A stretch of DNA of 64,000 nt, from positions 5,642,001 to 5,706,000 of the forward strand of contig CM120647.1 in assembly GCA_051362555.1 (NCBI GenBank), written 5' to 3'. Below are positions 26,639-45,705 of the stretch, one piece after another; the stretch's first letter is position 1, and every line of letters begins with the position of its first letter. The DNA comes from Lingula anatina (lineage: Eukaryota; Animalia; Brachiopoda). Both the position numbers and the translations under genes were made by a program. Under the pieces are notes generated by a model. That model searched no databases and had not been told where the DNA came from. It saw only the letters and a program-made list of their open reading frames with translations.

Positions 26639-28177
26639 ATTATATATCATGGTGGAACGATAAAGATATGCCTTTGAAGATATATTTTCGGAATTATCTT
26701 CTACAATTATAATCATAATCTCCAACAGATTTTATCATATCGAATATGACCCAAAATTTACCAACTGATTAAAAAAAATCTTGTGAATTTTGAAAAATGA
26801 TCTACTGACGTAAATTGTTTCTGTCAATGTGCAGAAAGTAATACCATGCCAAACGTACCTTTTATAAAGTTATAATTCCTTTTTGACCTGCTCCAAGGTT
26901 ATCTTCAAAGTAAGCGAACTAAAGCTCCCTTCGTTAATTAATGAGTGCAAATGCGTACTAATAGAAAACCAAATAAATCCCTGAAAATACAGTAATTAGT
27001 ATAGCTTGTCCTTACAACACTCTCTAGTGGCTTTGAATGCAAAATAAGAAACTGTTCCTCCTTTTATACAAAAAAAAATTGCATAGATTATCACCGACTC
27101 CTCTCAAAAAATTACGCCCGACCAAAAACGCACGCCCGGCGGAAATGCATTGAAATTAAATATTAAAGCGTCGCAGGTGAATGTTTGCAGCAGGTGAAAA
27201 CGATGCCGTAGCTTTATTACGCCATTTGTCTTTTATAGTGGGTTGTTCAGAGGAAAACAACGAAGACCGAAATTAAGGCGCACTGTAGTCGCACTACAAA
27301 ATTGCCAACTTAATTAGCAAATGATTTAGAGGACTCTAGCTTGTGCATATAACAGGGTCATCTGATTGGCGAAAGTTGAACCGATATTTGTTAAAAGAAG
27401 TCACGTCTGAATACAGCTGAACTGCGTCACTTCCGTAAACAGATGTCTGGCGACATTTATACTATTTATATTCTAATTCGCTTACGCTTAAACGTATATA
27501 AATTATTTATCGTCTAATAACTCTCAACGAATAAAACCACTTCATCTTCAAACACCAAATCATTTATTTATAATTAGGAATGAGTCGATGTGCCTCTGCA
27601 TGTGTACAGACGATACAATATTACATACAAACTTTTGCTCCGTCACCAGTTACATTTCCCGCATAGCCTAATTCCAATTCTGGTACAGTTCGTACTTACA
27701 TGAATCTGATAATTTTATAACGCATAATCAAACCCCATCTTTATACAAATGTTTTTATACAAAAACTTTTATTTGGAATAAACTGGAATGTCTGTACAGT
27801 AGCGTAGCTCGACTTCGAATGATCGTTTCCCTTCCTCACGTGATCTGTTCACCTTTTGAATACAGCGCCCCCTGTACCTCCTAATGACCTTTCTCCTAAG
27901 ACACGTCATCGTTGACCCGTTAAACGACAATAAATACATATATATTTATGTATAATTTATTCATTCTTCATCCCAATGGGACAGGTTTGCTGTCACGATG
28001 GACCGTTGAATTTATTTTTTTAATCAAAAAATTTAAACACTTATTAGACAACTGAAACTAGAAACACTTTTAATATAAAAAATTTGAATCCAAGTTTATT
28101 TCAATTGTTGTATCAATATCTTTAAATAAAAGATGCAGTGAATATTCAGTATGGGTTACACGCTTTTTCATCGATTA

Positions 28178-28362
28178 CAGGGGCGGATCCAGGATTATTT
28201 GAAGGGTGGCGAAGCCGCCCCACCCCACCCCTTGCCGTGGGATCATTGTGGACAGTGGGACCATTGTGATTTTTTTTCAGAAATCGACCGCCTTTACCCC
28301 CCCCCCCCAAAAAAAAAAAAATAATAATAAATAAACAAAATTTAAAAAAAAATCCGCCACTG
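28178..28362. mobile_element. GC-rich MITE with CAG termini
   Basis: TIRs CAGGGGCGGAT / ATCCGCCACTG with 5-bp flanks GATTA / GTTTA. Related fragments at ~1898-2188 and 13751. Confidence 0.7.
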
Positions 28363-30392
28363 GTTTACTTCAGCAAATGTTAACCACAGGCGTATTTCAA
28401 ACTTAGCAAACTAGGGCTGGGTCGAGATAGAAAGAAAAGAATGCAAATGTGGTGATTAGCTAATTCCATGTTCGTGAGGCAGTTTAGAAAAAAAAAACAC
28501 TTGGAAAAAACATTGCATTCCATTTCACTCCTCACTTACTACTTGTCAGTGAATGGGGGTAATTCGATAAAGACACTTAACTAGATTTTAATCGAGTTAA
28601 AATAGAACCTCAAGGACCTCCCGACACATTTATTGCTAAAATTTTCATAATGGGACATTAATTCTTTTACGCATTATTTTAGTATTTGCCTGCACGTATT
28701 TGTCGTACGTCATACAGTGTGACTAACTTATTTGCATACCTATTTCCCCTGGTCTCAGATTCCAGTATTGTGACAAATAATTAGCAAAAATAAAACCATT
28801 TCACGTCCAATTGCCGTTTATTTATATCTTATTGGTTTGCTTTTCTATTTTTTTCACGTGTTAGTAATTACCTTTGGACTATCGCCCTAGACTCAGATTC
28901 TAAAATAATGACAAGTAATTAGTAAAAACAAGAAATTTGCTATGAGGGCCTTTTTATTTTTATCTAATTTGTTTGCTTCTTATTTTTTTCACTTGCTAAT
29001 AAATATCTCTGGCAACAAAAAAGGATACATTTTCATCAGCGTTGCCTTGCTTGTTAGAGTACAAGGCATCATTAGTATTAAAGAAATTTTGTTGAATTTT
29101 TAAGAACGTTCTGTACGAGGAAATTATTCTGTAAAATTTCAAGTTAATCCAGTCTCTTTATTTATGTAAAGGATGGTTTTCATTCTCTTTAATTTTCTTT
29201 ACATTTTATCTGGGCAGAGGATGCATTCTAGTTGTCCGGCATGGGATGGCTAAATCAGGGAATTTTATCGGATATAATTCCCTGGCTAAATACACTTCTT
29301 ACATAAATTGATATATCAAAAACATTTTGCAGATCAAACCCAAGCGAAGTGGGCCAATTCTCTCAATATGATTCACAGAACAAATATTCATATCTACTTG
29401 CGATTTAATATCACAAAACTACAGCATATCCGAATCTCATTTCCGTGAATACATTTAAAAGTACGCACGTCAACAAACGTAAACAATGTTATTCACATCA
29501 AAGAAGCTGCAACCGACAGGTGTTTTAGGAAACTGAGAACCAGCAACTCACATTTTATTGCTTTTATTAATGAGAGTAAATGGCAAGTGGAACAAAAAGC
29601 ACCGATAAAAACAAAACGTCTCTCGTAATTTTCTAACAAACAAGTGGGACGCTTTTTCATCTGGAGCTATTAATTACATTCATTGTCATACATATTAATT
29701 AATTATCAATGAACAAATCACGTTGCACGTGGGTTGGCAATCTAATAAGGGCTAAGAGGACCAACCCAGACTACATCAGCAGCATTTCGAAGTTTTTCGT
29801 CAGTTTAATCAACAAAGAAGTAATCAGAATCACATCAATTTTCGTTTGATCAAAGCACCCATCCATTGTTCAATGCGCGGCAACAAAACAAACGACGTGA
29901 ACCGATTACTGCCACAAATTTTAAACGTTCAGAAGCATATATCATCTGCTGCATTCAGATTTTTGTCGACGATCGAAGATATTCTAGACCCGAGCATTGT
30001 AAGTGACATCTATGTTCACTTGAAAGCAGTTTATATTAAAAAAAAGGATTTTCCTGGGGTATGCACGTTTAAGCAGTAAGTTTAAACAGACAGCTACACC
30101 CGAGTTAGTAAATTTCACTACAAGTTGTACATACTGTTCAATTTTTATTTATCTTATTGGAGTAAATATAATCTTAATTTATGGAATTATCGTGTGATAT
30201 ATGATATGTATTGAAAATGTGTATATGCATTATTATTAGATATAAAATGCCACTGTAATATATGCATTTAGCGCATAATAATCTTTAGTTTTGAACAATC
30301 TTAAGTTTTGATCAATTTTCAACTTTCGGTCCTAGATTTTTTTTTTGTGATACCACCCTCTGATAATGGATATTTTTGCTGTAAAATAACTT

Positions 30393-30533
30393 TCAGTCAG
30401 CTTCTAAAGCAAGGAGAATTTTTTCATTGATTCTGTCTTGATCTTCAGAGTCATCTAGGAGGTAATAACTATCAAAGCTGTCTTCATCTTCAACAGGTGG
30501 TTCCTCCAGTTCATTTATCTGGAATATCGATAG

Positions 30534-30569
<36 letters not shown>

Positions 30570-31074
30570 TAGTAAAACTGTTTTCCCTTACTTATTTATT
30601 ATAATTATTGTATCAATTACAATAGTATAAAGAAACAAATAATAATAACGAATAAGTAAGTGAGGGAAAAACAGTTTTACCACTGAATAATTGAATTCAA
30701 ATTCAAATCCAAGAATTGCATATGTGAATAATGTTTTCTACATGTGGCTGTTTCATCAAATTAAACCAACCAAAAACTAAGCCTTCATCTGAATAATTCC
30801 AGCTGTTACTTGAAAGTATATATACATCCACATACCTGGATAACTCCATCTGTTTCTTCCAGTACATTACATGGCTTAGACGCATTTATCTCAACAGATA
30901 TTTTCCCATTGACGGACACAATGATCAGGTGACTGAAAGCGTCCTCTAGGGCAATCTTGTAGGAAAACTTCTTTGCTTTGCAAACTGCTGTCAGTTTCTG
31001 TCCTGGGTCTGGAAATAGTGACATGAGTTACAGAGTGCATACAATGTGCACTTGTATTTACATACAAATTATAA

Positions 31075-31115
<41 letters not shown>

Positions 31116-33636
31116 CCCTGGAAATCTTTCTGTTATTTTTAAGACCAAATCAACAGGTATGTACAACTTGTAGTGTATTTAACTAACTTTGGTATAGCTG
31201 TCTGCTTAAACAGTAATTGTTATTCTCAAAATCAGGATGTGTACAGAGTGCATACAAAGTGCATTTGTATTTACATTCAAATAATAATAATTTTAATAAT
31301 AATAATAATAATTCCCTGGAAATTTAAAATTTTTCTGTTATTTTAGGACCAAATCAGTCACAGTTATTAGTTATCAAAATCAGGATGTATAAACTAGCTT
31401 CTGAATTCTAAGTTTCTCATCTTTGTGTCAGCGTCATAATGGAAAAGGCAACCAGCGATTTTCACTATGGTAAATTTCAAAATTAAAATCACATTAAAAT
31501 TTTAATCTAATCTAATCTAATCTAATCTAATCTAATCTAATCTAATCTAATATTCCTTTCATGATTACAATAACATATAAATTAACTAAAATATCTGTTG
31601 TCTTATATAGATACTGGCAGTGCAACTAACACCTCAGAAGAGTCAACTATCCTTTACCTTTACTATTTGTCTAGAGACATATCTGTGAATATCTGTGGAA
31701 AATCAATCTGCCGACCTGGTAACTATCTTACCTGTAAATGCTTCCTTCCACTCTCCATACCCTGTAGTACTGACTCCCTGAGCTGGGACTGAAACTTTGA
31801 CTCCACACGTACAACATGCTGTGGTTCCGCTGCTGGTGTCGAGGTCCATCTTCAAAAGTAAGTACGAAAAGTAGGACTGGATTCACATAAACCTAATGTA
31901 CTAGTACTAGAAGGATAATTCCTACAACAAGATTTCCTGGGTATAAACAATCAGCTGAATTATGGAATGGCATAATTAAGAGTCCATGCAGGCCCGTAGC
32001 CAGCAATTTCAGAAGGGGGGTTCGTTTTCTGAAAAAGTGGACCTTTTACCATAAAATCCTCAAGTACATAGGTCAAATTTTACCCAGAGTGGACCTTTTC
32101 CCAGCAAAAAGGGTGGTTCTTTCGAACCCCCGAACCCCACCCCCTGGCTACGGGCCTGCCATGGTACTGTACTTACAGAAATAATCTCAGTGTTCCATCC
32201 ATTGAAACCAAGGTAGTAGTTGGCTAAATCATAGCATTTGTTTACAGGCAAGGCTCTGCTTTTTGGAAAGTGATTTTTTCTTCGTGCAAACTGGATCTGA
32301 AGGCAAATATCAAATTCTTTAAAGGAAAGATCTATATGCACATCACACATTATCTAAAATCTGTATGTAGTCTAAATAATATTAATTTTTTTTATAATAT
32401 TTACATGTGTTGTATTTATAACACAATTTCTAGTGAATGACATTGGCCTTAAAGAAAAAATACACTAAATGTCCATCTGTTTTTTTTTAGTCTTTATGTC
32501 AAGAATTTTATCATTTTTCTTATGGACATTAAGTGTAATAGCAATATTATATTATACTACAAAAATTAATTATATAAAATGTACCGTTATCATCAATTTA
32601 TTATTATTATTATTATTATAAGCACCATTTATTATTATTATTTTTATAAGAAAATGAGACTCCGTTCACATGAAAAATCTATTTTCTAAAAATCTATTTT
32701 CTATTCGCAGTATCTTGTGATCACTCCGAGCACAGCCGAGAATTAATTACAGCTTTGGAAGTAACTGGCTCGCGATGCCAGTAATTACCCCGCGGGGTAT
32801 TCAGGGCACAGACCGTGATCACAAGATACCGTGAATAGAAAATAGATTTTTAGAAAATAGATTTTTCATGTGAACGAAGCCTTACCCTTATAAGCTTCCC
32901 ATTAAGAATCAGTTTGTTATTGAGGTCACTTTTTGCCCTGGCAGCATCCAGAGCAGAGTAATACTTGATAAATGCAAAACCACCAGTATTTGTGCAGCTG
33001 ACTCGCCCACTGTGGTATTGTCATTGTCTTTTTCTGTGCCTGATTTGTTAAAGACTTGGATTTCAAACAGGAGTCCATATTTGGAAAATATTTCTTCAAG
33101 TTTTGCCTAGAAAAAAAAATGACTCGGTTAGATGATATTACTGGTAGTTGATGTGGAAGGAAAGAAACTGAAATATATATTTCACTAGAATGAATAAGAG
33201 ACAATGTAAAATGAACTAATACATTTCTGTATTCCCCCCCCCAAAAAAAAAAAAAAAAAAAGAAAAAATGGTGTTTAGGGCTGAAATTATTTTTTAAAAA
33301 TTTAAATACAGTAAATGATTAATAAAGGCAAAAAAATAATAAAAAATAAATCATTTAAGAAATAAGAAAAATGCAAAAGAATAAGAATGCAGATGGTATT
33401 AAAGCTTCACAGCAAGTTCTTTCTCAATCTACCATAAAACTATTAACAGCTCGAAAATCATGCTAACCGGTGATAATGAAGCTGTTTAATTTACTTACTA
33501 ATAATACACAAATTATAAAAGTGGATCTTACTGTCAGCTCATCATCTGTGTATTCAAGCGGTATCCTTGTTAGATAGAGGTTCTTCAAATTATCTGTGGG
33601 ATACAAAAATTCTATCAAATCGACAACTGTGTCCAT
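30393..33636 (-). CDS. RDM1: RAD52 motif-containing protein 1 (RRM + RAD52-like domain), 6 coding exons, apparent 1-nt frameshift in exon 2
   Basis: Exons 33636-33532, 33106-32886, 32296-32177, 31849-31732, 31008-30836, 30518-30393. Motifs IFSKYGLLFEIQV, GFAFIKYYSALDAARAK, KCYDLANYYLGFNGW, ALEDAFSHLIIV..NGKISVE and the acidic tail match RDM1 as I recall it. The total is 863 nt, one short of 288 codons. Confidence 0.88.
30569..30683. mobile_element. Small hairpin element in RDM1 intron 5
   Basis: GTAGTAAAACTGTTTTCCCTTACTTA / TAAGTGAGGGAAAAACAGTTTTACCAC inverted arms. Confidence 0.7.
31504..31550. repeat. (AATCT)n microsatellite
   Basis: About 9 perfect copies. Confidence 0.9.
31989..32158. 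mobile_element. Complete MITE with 5-bp TSD in RDM1 intron 3
   Basis: Perfect 15-bp TIRs CAGGCCCGTAGCCAG / CTGGCTACGGGCCTG flanked by CCATG on both sides. Confidence 0.9.
32657..32882. mobile_element. MITE with ~65-bp TIRs abutting the RDM1 exon 2 donor
   Basis: CGTTCACATGAAAAATCTATTTTCTAAAAATCTATTTTCTATTC and its reverse complement at the other end. Confidence 0.85.
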
Positions 33637-33699
33637 TTTCGTAACAAAAATTAAAATAACAACAAGTCTTAAAATTTCCCGGCAGATATAACCTTGACC

Positions 33700-34100
33700 T
33701 TCCTTTAGGTTCAGTTCTCCCTTTACGAAAGAGCTCCATTGAAAACAACGGACAGTCAACGTGACTTTACCGGTTGGTGCTTGTATGAATTTTATACATT
33801 TTGATTCACTGGGTTATGGATCTCCCTTTACAATTCAGACAGCTATTGTGAAATCCAGAGACATTTATTCTGGAGATACAGAGACTACGTAGGAATGTTT
33901 AATTGAAAGAGACAGACCGACTCAATGATGCTGTAGTGTAGATCTACTTCGACTTATCAGTCTAATGTAAGTACACGTGTTTAGCTCGTAAGTATACCGA
34001 GTATATAAGTGCTATTAACCGATTACAGTGACGTCATATTTGCTCCGTAACACTCGTCCAGCGGCCATTCTGGAGGGAAAGAACGACGGGGAATAGTAGC
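33700..34100. promoter_or_regulatory. Putative RDM1 promoter region
   Basis: CpG-enriched relative to the flanks, with a TGACGTCA (CRE) palindrome at 34029-34036, just upstream of the RDM1 ATG. Confidence 0.35.
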
Positions 34101-35554
34101 GTAAATATAGGTGAACCAAATAAAATGAAATAATCTTCATATCGTGATCAAGTACACCAAAAGGAAAATAGTATATACATGTGAAAACTTCAGCTGATCA
34201 GCGTGATCGACCCATATAAACTCAAGACAGTCCAAAGACGTGAAATCCTGACCTACCCCTGTATCCCAACATCGTGGAATGTTGTCAGAAGCTAGTTCAG
34301 TTATCTTGTACTTCATTTTTCTTGTTCATTGGGTAATAAAAGTTATAGCTTTAGAGAGTTTACTGTGTAATCATAAGTTCAACCTTTCATAGAAGCAACT
34401 TTGTACATAAAGGATAGATATTAGGAGAAATTTGAGCTGACTATCGGGATCAACCCTTACGGACTCAAAGAAGAGAGTATGCAGGGTTGTGACAAGAAAT
34501 ATTGCTGTCAGATATGATTTAACTGTACATCATGAAGCTGTCAGAAATTATTTCAGCATTCTTGTGCTTCATTTTGGTTCATTAGGAAGTATTTGTAACA
34601 TGACTGTTGTTTGAGAGTTCAATATTTTACCATGAATTCAACCATTCACAGTAGCAACATTGTTAGCATTTTATTATTAGTCCAGACCTTCACAGAAGCA
34701 ATGTATTTTTCAAACTTATGACATTCAATGTAACATAACAACAAGTCAGTTCATGAATTGATCTTTATTTGATTGAAAATATAGGAAAATGCACATTTTG
34801 TATGGATAAAAGTAAACATGAAATGCAAAACATTGTTGCACAATTCAATGACAGATTATCAGGGTCCCTTTCCTTTTGGTTGATAACACTAACATGAAAA
34901 CTATTTCCATACTTTTAATGATACAATGCAACATGTACATGAGCATATTAAGTCGAATCAAGCCACCATAATTTGAGAAACCTGTTTAGTATATTTTTAA
35001 TCTATGTCTAGAGAAATGCTTGATTGAAGACTCTCAATTGATATGTGCTGTGTGGGTATGTACATATTAGGCCTTAGATGGTGTTACTAAGCAGTTTGTA
35101 ATTTTATTTAGGAGAATTCCACAACTGGTGGTCACAATTTAAAAATGCACAACAGTGACAACCTACATGTACAACAGCCATCTGTTTCTGCATATCAGAC
35201 CATCTGTGGGAGGTGCACCATACAAAATTTTATATTTCTTGCAAACTTTTCCATTTAGCCTTTAAACATATGAGAAAGAAAAAAGTGTTTTCATTTCTTC
35301 TTGTGCTTCTGCTCACAATTCTAAATAAATAGAAAACCTGTCCTTGTTGTATGCAAGCTATCAGGATAACAACTTTAAAACAACAAATGAAGAATGAAAT
35401 AAATAAACAAATCCAATTAAATAACTCCTGTCATGCACTGAATTTCACTCTCCTGATGTTCAGATCCTGTCTCCTCAGCTGGTCACAAAGATATAAGAAT
35501 ATTTTTTCGCTGCTTCTACCTTGTGTGCCATCTAGCTGCCTTTTGTACCTGTCA

Positions 35555-35585
<31 letters not shown>

Positions 35586-37022
35586 GATAACCAAGATTTA
35601 TTTGCACCCAATCATTCAGTGTGGCTTGGTGGGAAAATTTCAGATCAATTTCCTAAATGTAAATTAACAAAAAAAGGTAACAATAGTTATTTTTATTCAT
35701 ATTGTAACTTGCATCATAATACAGTAGGAAAACACAGAATTCAACATTTTTCAAATTCATTGTAAGTTCATTCAATTAAATGGTACCTGAGCTAGAATAC
35801 ATACTTAAAAAACAGATTTACTCTTAACACTACACTAAATCTAAAATCAAGCCACTAACTTCCAAATACACATGACACAGGTAATTGATTTAATTGGCCC
35901 AGCTGAGCTGTGTACATTGTACTGTAGCCTTGACACTAATTGACAATAATGCTAACCAGGTATTAAAGAGGTAGATGACAGCAGATAAAATCCAAAGAGC
36001 ACCATAACTGATAACAAATTACACCCAAGGCAATAAGTGAGTCTTCATAATGAAAGTCAAAACCCTGCCTGGGTATTTCCACACGTTTTTACAACACACT
36101 CTCCACCAAGACTTTTTGGGCACTACTAATAAGCAGTGTACGTGCGCTCATATCTTATACACCTCGGTCATTGGTTTTCTACTTTTTTTTCTTTTATGGT
36201 AAAGGCTGCAGAGCTGGGTCTTCATTCTTTGCTGTAAAATAAATTACTTTTATCCTTTACTTGTCCGATGAGTCTTGATTCAAAGCCACTCCTCAGTCTC
36301 TCCTCCGTTTACGGTTTTCGTCCCTACACCTTGGATTGTTACCACTGCAGGCAGTCTGTGAACGCTTGTTAAGTTATTTATCTTCTCTCTATCATATACC
36401 CTGCAGTAATTCATCATTTTACTCGGTTTAATATCAAAGAAAACACAGAAATTAAATGCTAAATTGTACATGTAGACATGATCATGCGCAGCAGACGATT
36501 CCGGTCTCCCTCCAGTATGGCTGCCGTTTGTTTTGATGACGAGGGCTACAATGGGTTAATACAGTATTGGCACTAGTACTATCCCCCCCTCCTCGTACTG
36601 TATCCTAGCAGAGTTCTTGATAAGTCAGTAATTACAATGCAATACACGTTTCAGTCCAAGTCTTTTGGGTACACGGATTTCCCTGAAGTTCCATTTTATA
36701 AATTTTATAATTTTTTTTCAATTATTTATTCTATCTGCACTGAATAATTATTAAGCATTTCTATTTATATATTTTTAATTTACTTTTACTTTTGTTTGTT
36801 ATTTTTTTACACGTTTTATTGTGATAACTCATATCACAGTTATAAAGAATTCATTAGTTCTGTTTATTGACATATTACATGTAATTATGAATAAGTATTC
36901 TTGGTTTTAAAATCAAAGATTGTGCATAAAAATTCTACAATTTTGTTCTTGTAAATTCTCATTTAATTATTATAGTACGTAGTATATTGATGACTGCACA
37001 ATAATATTTAGCCGTACAATAG

Positions 37023-43153
<6,131 letters not shown>

Positions 43154-43428
43154 AACAGTAATTATAGCTTGGAAACTGAGTAGCATATATACATATGACC
43201 CTGCATTTGGGAACGAGGATATCTGCATCATACATCATGAAATTTGTCCTGAAATAGAAGGGTAAATACAACTTGGAAATTGATAAGCATTTAAATTAAG
43301 CCTGTTCCCTGGCTTAGTTGACTAGGATTTCTACAAGAGTGCTGAATATTACACTGATCCTGATAGGGTAAGATGTGCCCACATGACCATGTAACCTTGG
43401 TAATTAAGTTCTTAGCCAGGGAACCCAA

Positions 43429-43475
<47 letters not shown>

Positions 43476-43814
43476 TTTTATTTTTATTTTATTATTTTTT
43501 TTGTGAAATTGGGGCCTGGAGTTGGGGTTGACACATATACTTTTAACTGAATTTATTCATTGTCTGGAACAAATTCTATGGAACAGATTTTTTGCTTGGT
43601 ATTAGCTGAAAGTAACATCTCTTTACTCAAATCTTAGAACATTAAAATTAAAAATGAATTTCCCTATCCCTAAGTGCAACTGGTGTTAGCTGTTATAGTA
43701 TCAATATTATTATTATGATAATTGTAATTATATTGATTATTTTCTTTTTTGGTGAGTTTGGAGATGAAAGAGGCAACCTTGAGCTTTGAAATCTCCACCT
43801 CACAGAGATTTTTA

Positions 43815-44268
43815 TGTACAGACACAGATGTGTCTGTACATATAGCCGTCAACTGTGTCTGTGGTCGCCATCATTTCGTCATTGCTGTCATCGTACACTT
43901 TCACCAATAACACTATAAGTTGAAAACCATTTTACCTTCTGGCTTGAAACTTACAGAACTGATGAATATTCAATATACGCAGGTAAAGTTTGAAAATCAG
44001 CATGATGGGGCCATTTTTTCCATAGTTATGCTGTTTTTTCACTTATTTCAGCATTTATGCAACACAGTTAAAAGATAAAGGGAAAACCGTCACCTGTGTT
44101 TGTCGTCGCTGTCGTTTCGTCATTGCTGTCATCGTACACTTTCACCAGTCACACTATAAGTGGAAAACCATTTTACCCTTTGGCTTAAAACTTACAGAAC
44201 GGATAAATATCCATAATGTGGAGGACAAGTTCGAAAATCAGCATGATCAGGCTATTATTTAATAAGTT
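43815..44268. mobile_element. Inverted copies of the HINE-like element
   Basis: Palindrome TGTACAGACACAGATGTGTCTGTACA followed by two copies of GTCGT..TCGTCATTGCTGTCATCGTACACTTTC...GAAAATCAGCATGAT. Confidence 0.6.
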
Positions 44269-44269
44269 A

Positions 44270-45110
44270 GCCATCCTTGCATACAGGGGTAACAGACTCT
44301 GTAAGTTCAGTGTGAACTAACTCAAATGGTACCTTAGCACGACTATCAGCCACTCTGCTAAAGTGCTGTGTCTTCTTACCCATTGTACACACTTCACAAT
44401 CACTAAACTGCCTATCAGTAATTTTCATGTCCTTAACTACTGATTCGAGTTTCTCAATATCTTTAACATTACAGTGGCAAAAAAACTCTTCTAAGCTGTG
44501 CTTGCCCTCTGAATCAACAATGACAAAGTACAAATAATATAGCTGACCATGTTTCTCAATGTCAAAGAGTTCCATTTGTCGCGACATCCTTTCTCAGTAG
44601 CTGCTTGCACTGAAAAAATGTTCTGTTTGTAACTCGGGATGTTTAAAGCATTGTCTGCATTCCTATCAGCAGTGGTCATGATCAGTGACACATTCACTTT
44701 CCCTCTTCCTTGGGCTATGCCATTGGTCCAAGTTTCATCGGCCAATTAAATAAAGTGCTTGTCCTGGTCAAAGTTTTTGTTCTATGAATGTTGATTTGCC
44801 CGTCTCTATGTGTGACGTGGCCCCACAGTCCACAAGAAAACTAACATCTGGTGTTTGACAGGTTTTCTGTTATTCTGAATACAAAGTTACAATTTTCCTC
44901 TGAATTTTATACATTGTTTATTACCTTGGCATGATGTGTTCCATGTGCTTTGTTTCTCTGCTTTGACTCATCAGCCCTGCATTCATACGATTTATGTCCC
45001 CTTTTATTGCATGTCCAACAAATCACATCCTTTCGATCCTTTCATTTTACATTAGGTGATGAACTCCACACTTTCATTACAGTCTCTTTCTCTTCAGGCT
45101 CACCTGGGTC
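44270..45110 (-). mobile_element. Degenerate Copia (Ty1) gag-protease-preintegrase fragment
   Basis: CWTCNKRGHKSYEC (CCHC), FLVDCGATSHI (protease) and HCN...CEVCTMGK...PFELVHT (GAG-pre-integrase/integrase start), in Copia order with frameshifts. Confidence 0.88.
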
Positions 45111-45239
45111 ATCTTCTGATTCTCTGTTAGCTGACTTTGTTTACTTGGACATTTGCTTTTAAAATTATCTAGCCTTTTACACAAGTGACATCTTTTTCCT
45201 TCTGCAGGGCACTGGGCTGTGCGGCTGTGTCAATGCCCA

Positions 45240-45440
45240 CACTGTCCACATTCAAACTAAAAATGTCACATCCTTTTTGTCCAACCCATATCATCAAGTA
45301 ATTGCACCGATCTTCTTCAGCAGTCTTCTTCACTGGGCCCCCAAACATAAATCGGCGTGCTGGCAAAAGCCCTTCTATGCGGTTATCAAGTTGTCTGCCT
45401 CCCAGTCCATTTCCGGTGCATTCCCGGCCAAACTTGCCAT
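45240..45440 (-). mobile_element. Gypsy gag N-terminal fragment
   Basis: PEMDWEADNL...MFGGPVKKTAEEDRCNYLMIWVGQKGCDIF resembles metazoan Gypsy gag starts. Confidence 0.6.
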
Positions 45441-45522
45441 ATTTCAATTCTTTGAAATAAGAACGTCTCAAAACTAGAAAGATCAAATTCTGTAAAATTT
45501 TAGTTTTGTTGGTCTCTCGCAG

Positions 45523-45705
45523 TCAACACAGTCCACACGTCTCACACACTCGAGCAGTCTGTGCACTGGGTAAAAAAGGAATCCCGTGGCCTACATGAGC
45601 AGTAACAGATTTATGGGGTTTCTTGAAAGACGGCATATGCTCTTCTGTTGTTTGGGTACCAAACACTTCATTAAAGCTTCGGTAATGACCATCATCACTT
45701 ATCAA
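45523..45705 (-). mobile_element. Fragment of a probable DNA-transposon protein
   Basis: DGHYRSFNEVFGTQTTEEHMPS...PFLPSAQTAR..C..C looks like a recurrent transposon-associated motif. Superfamily uncertain. Confidence 0.35.
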
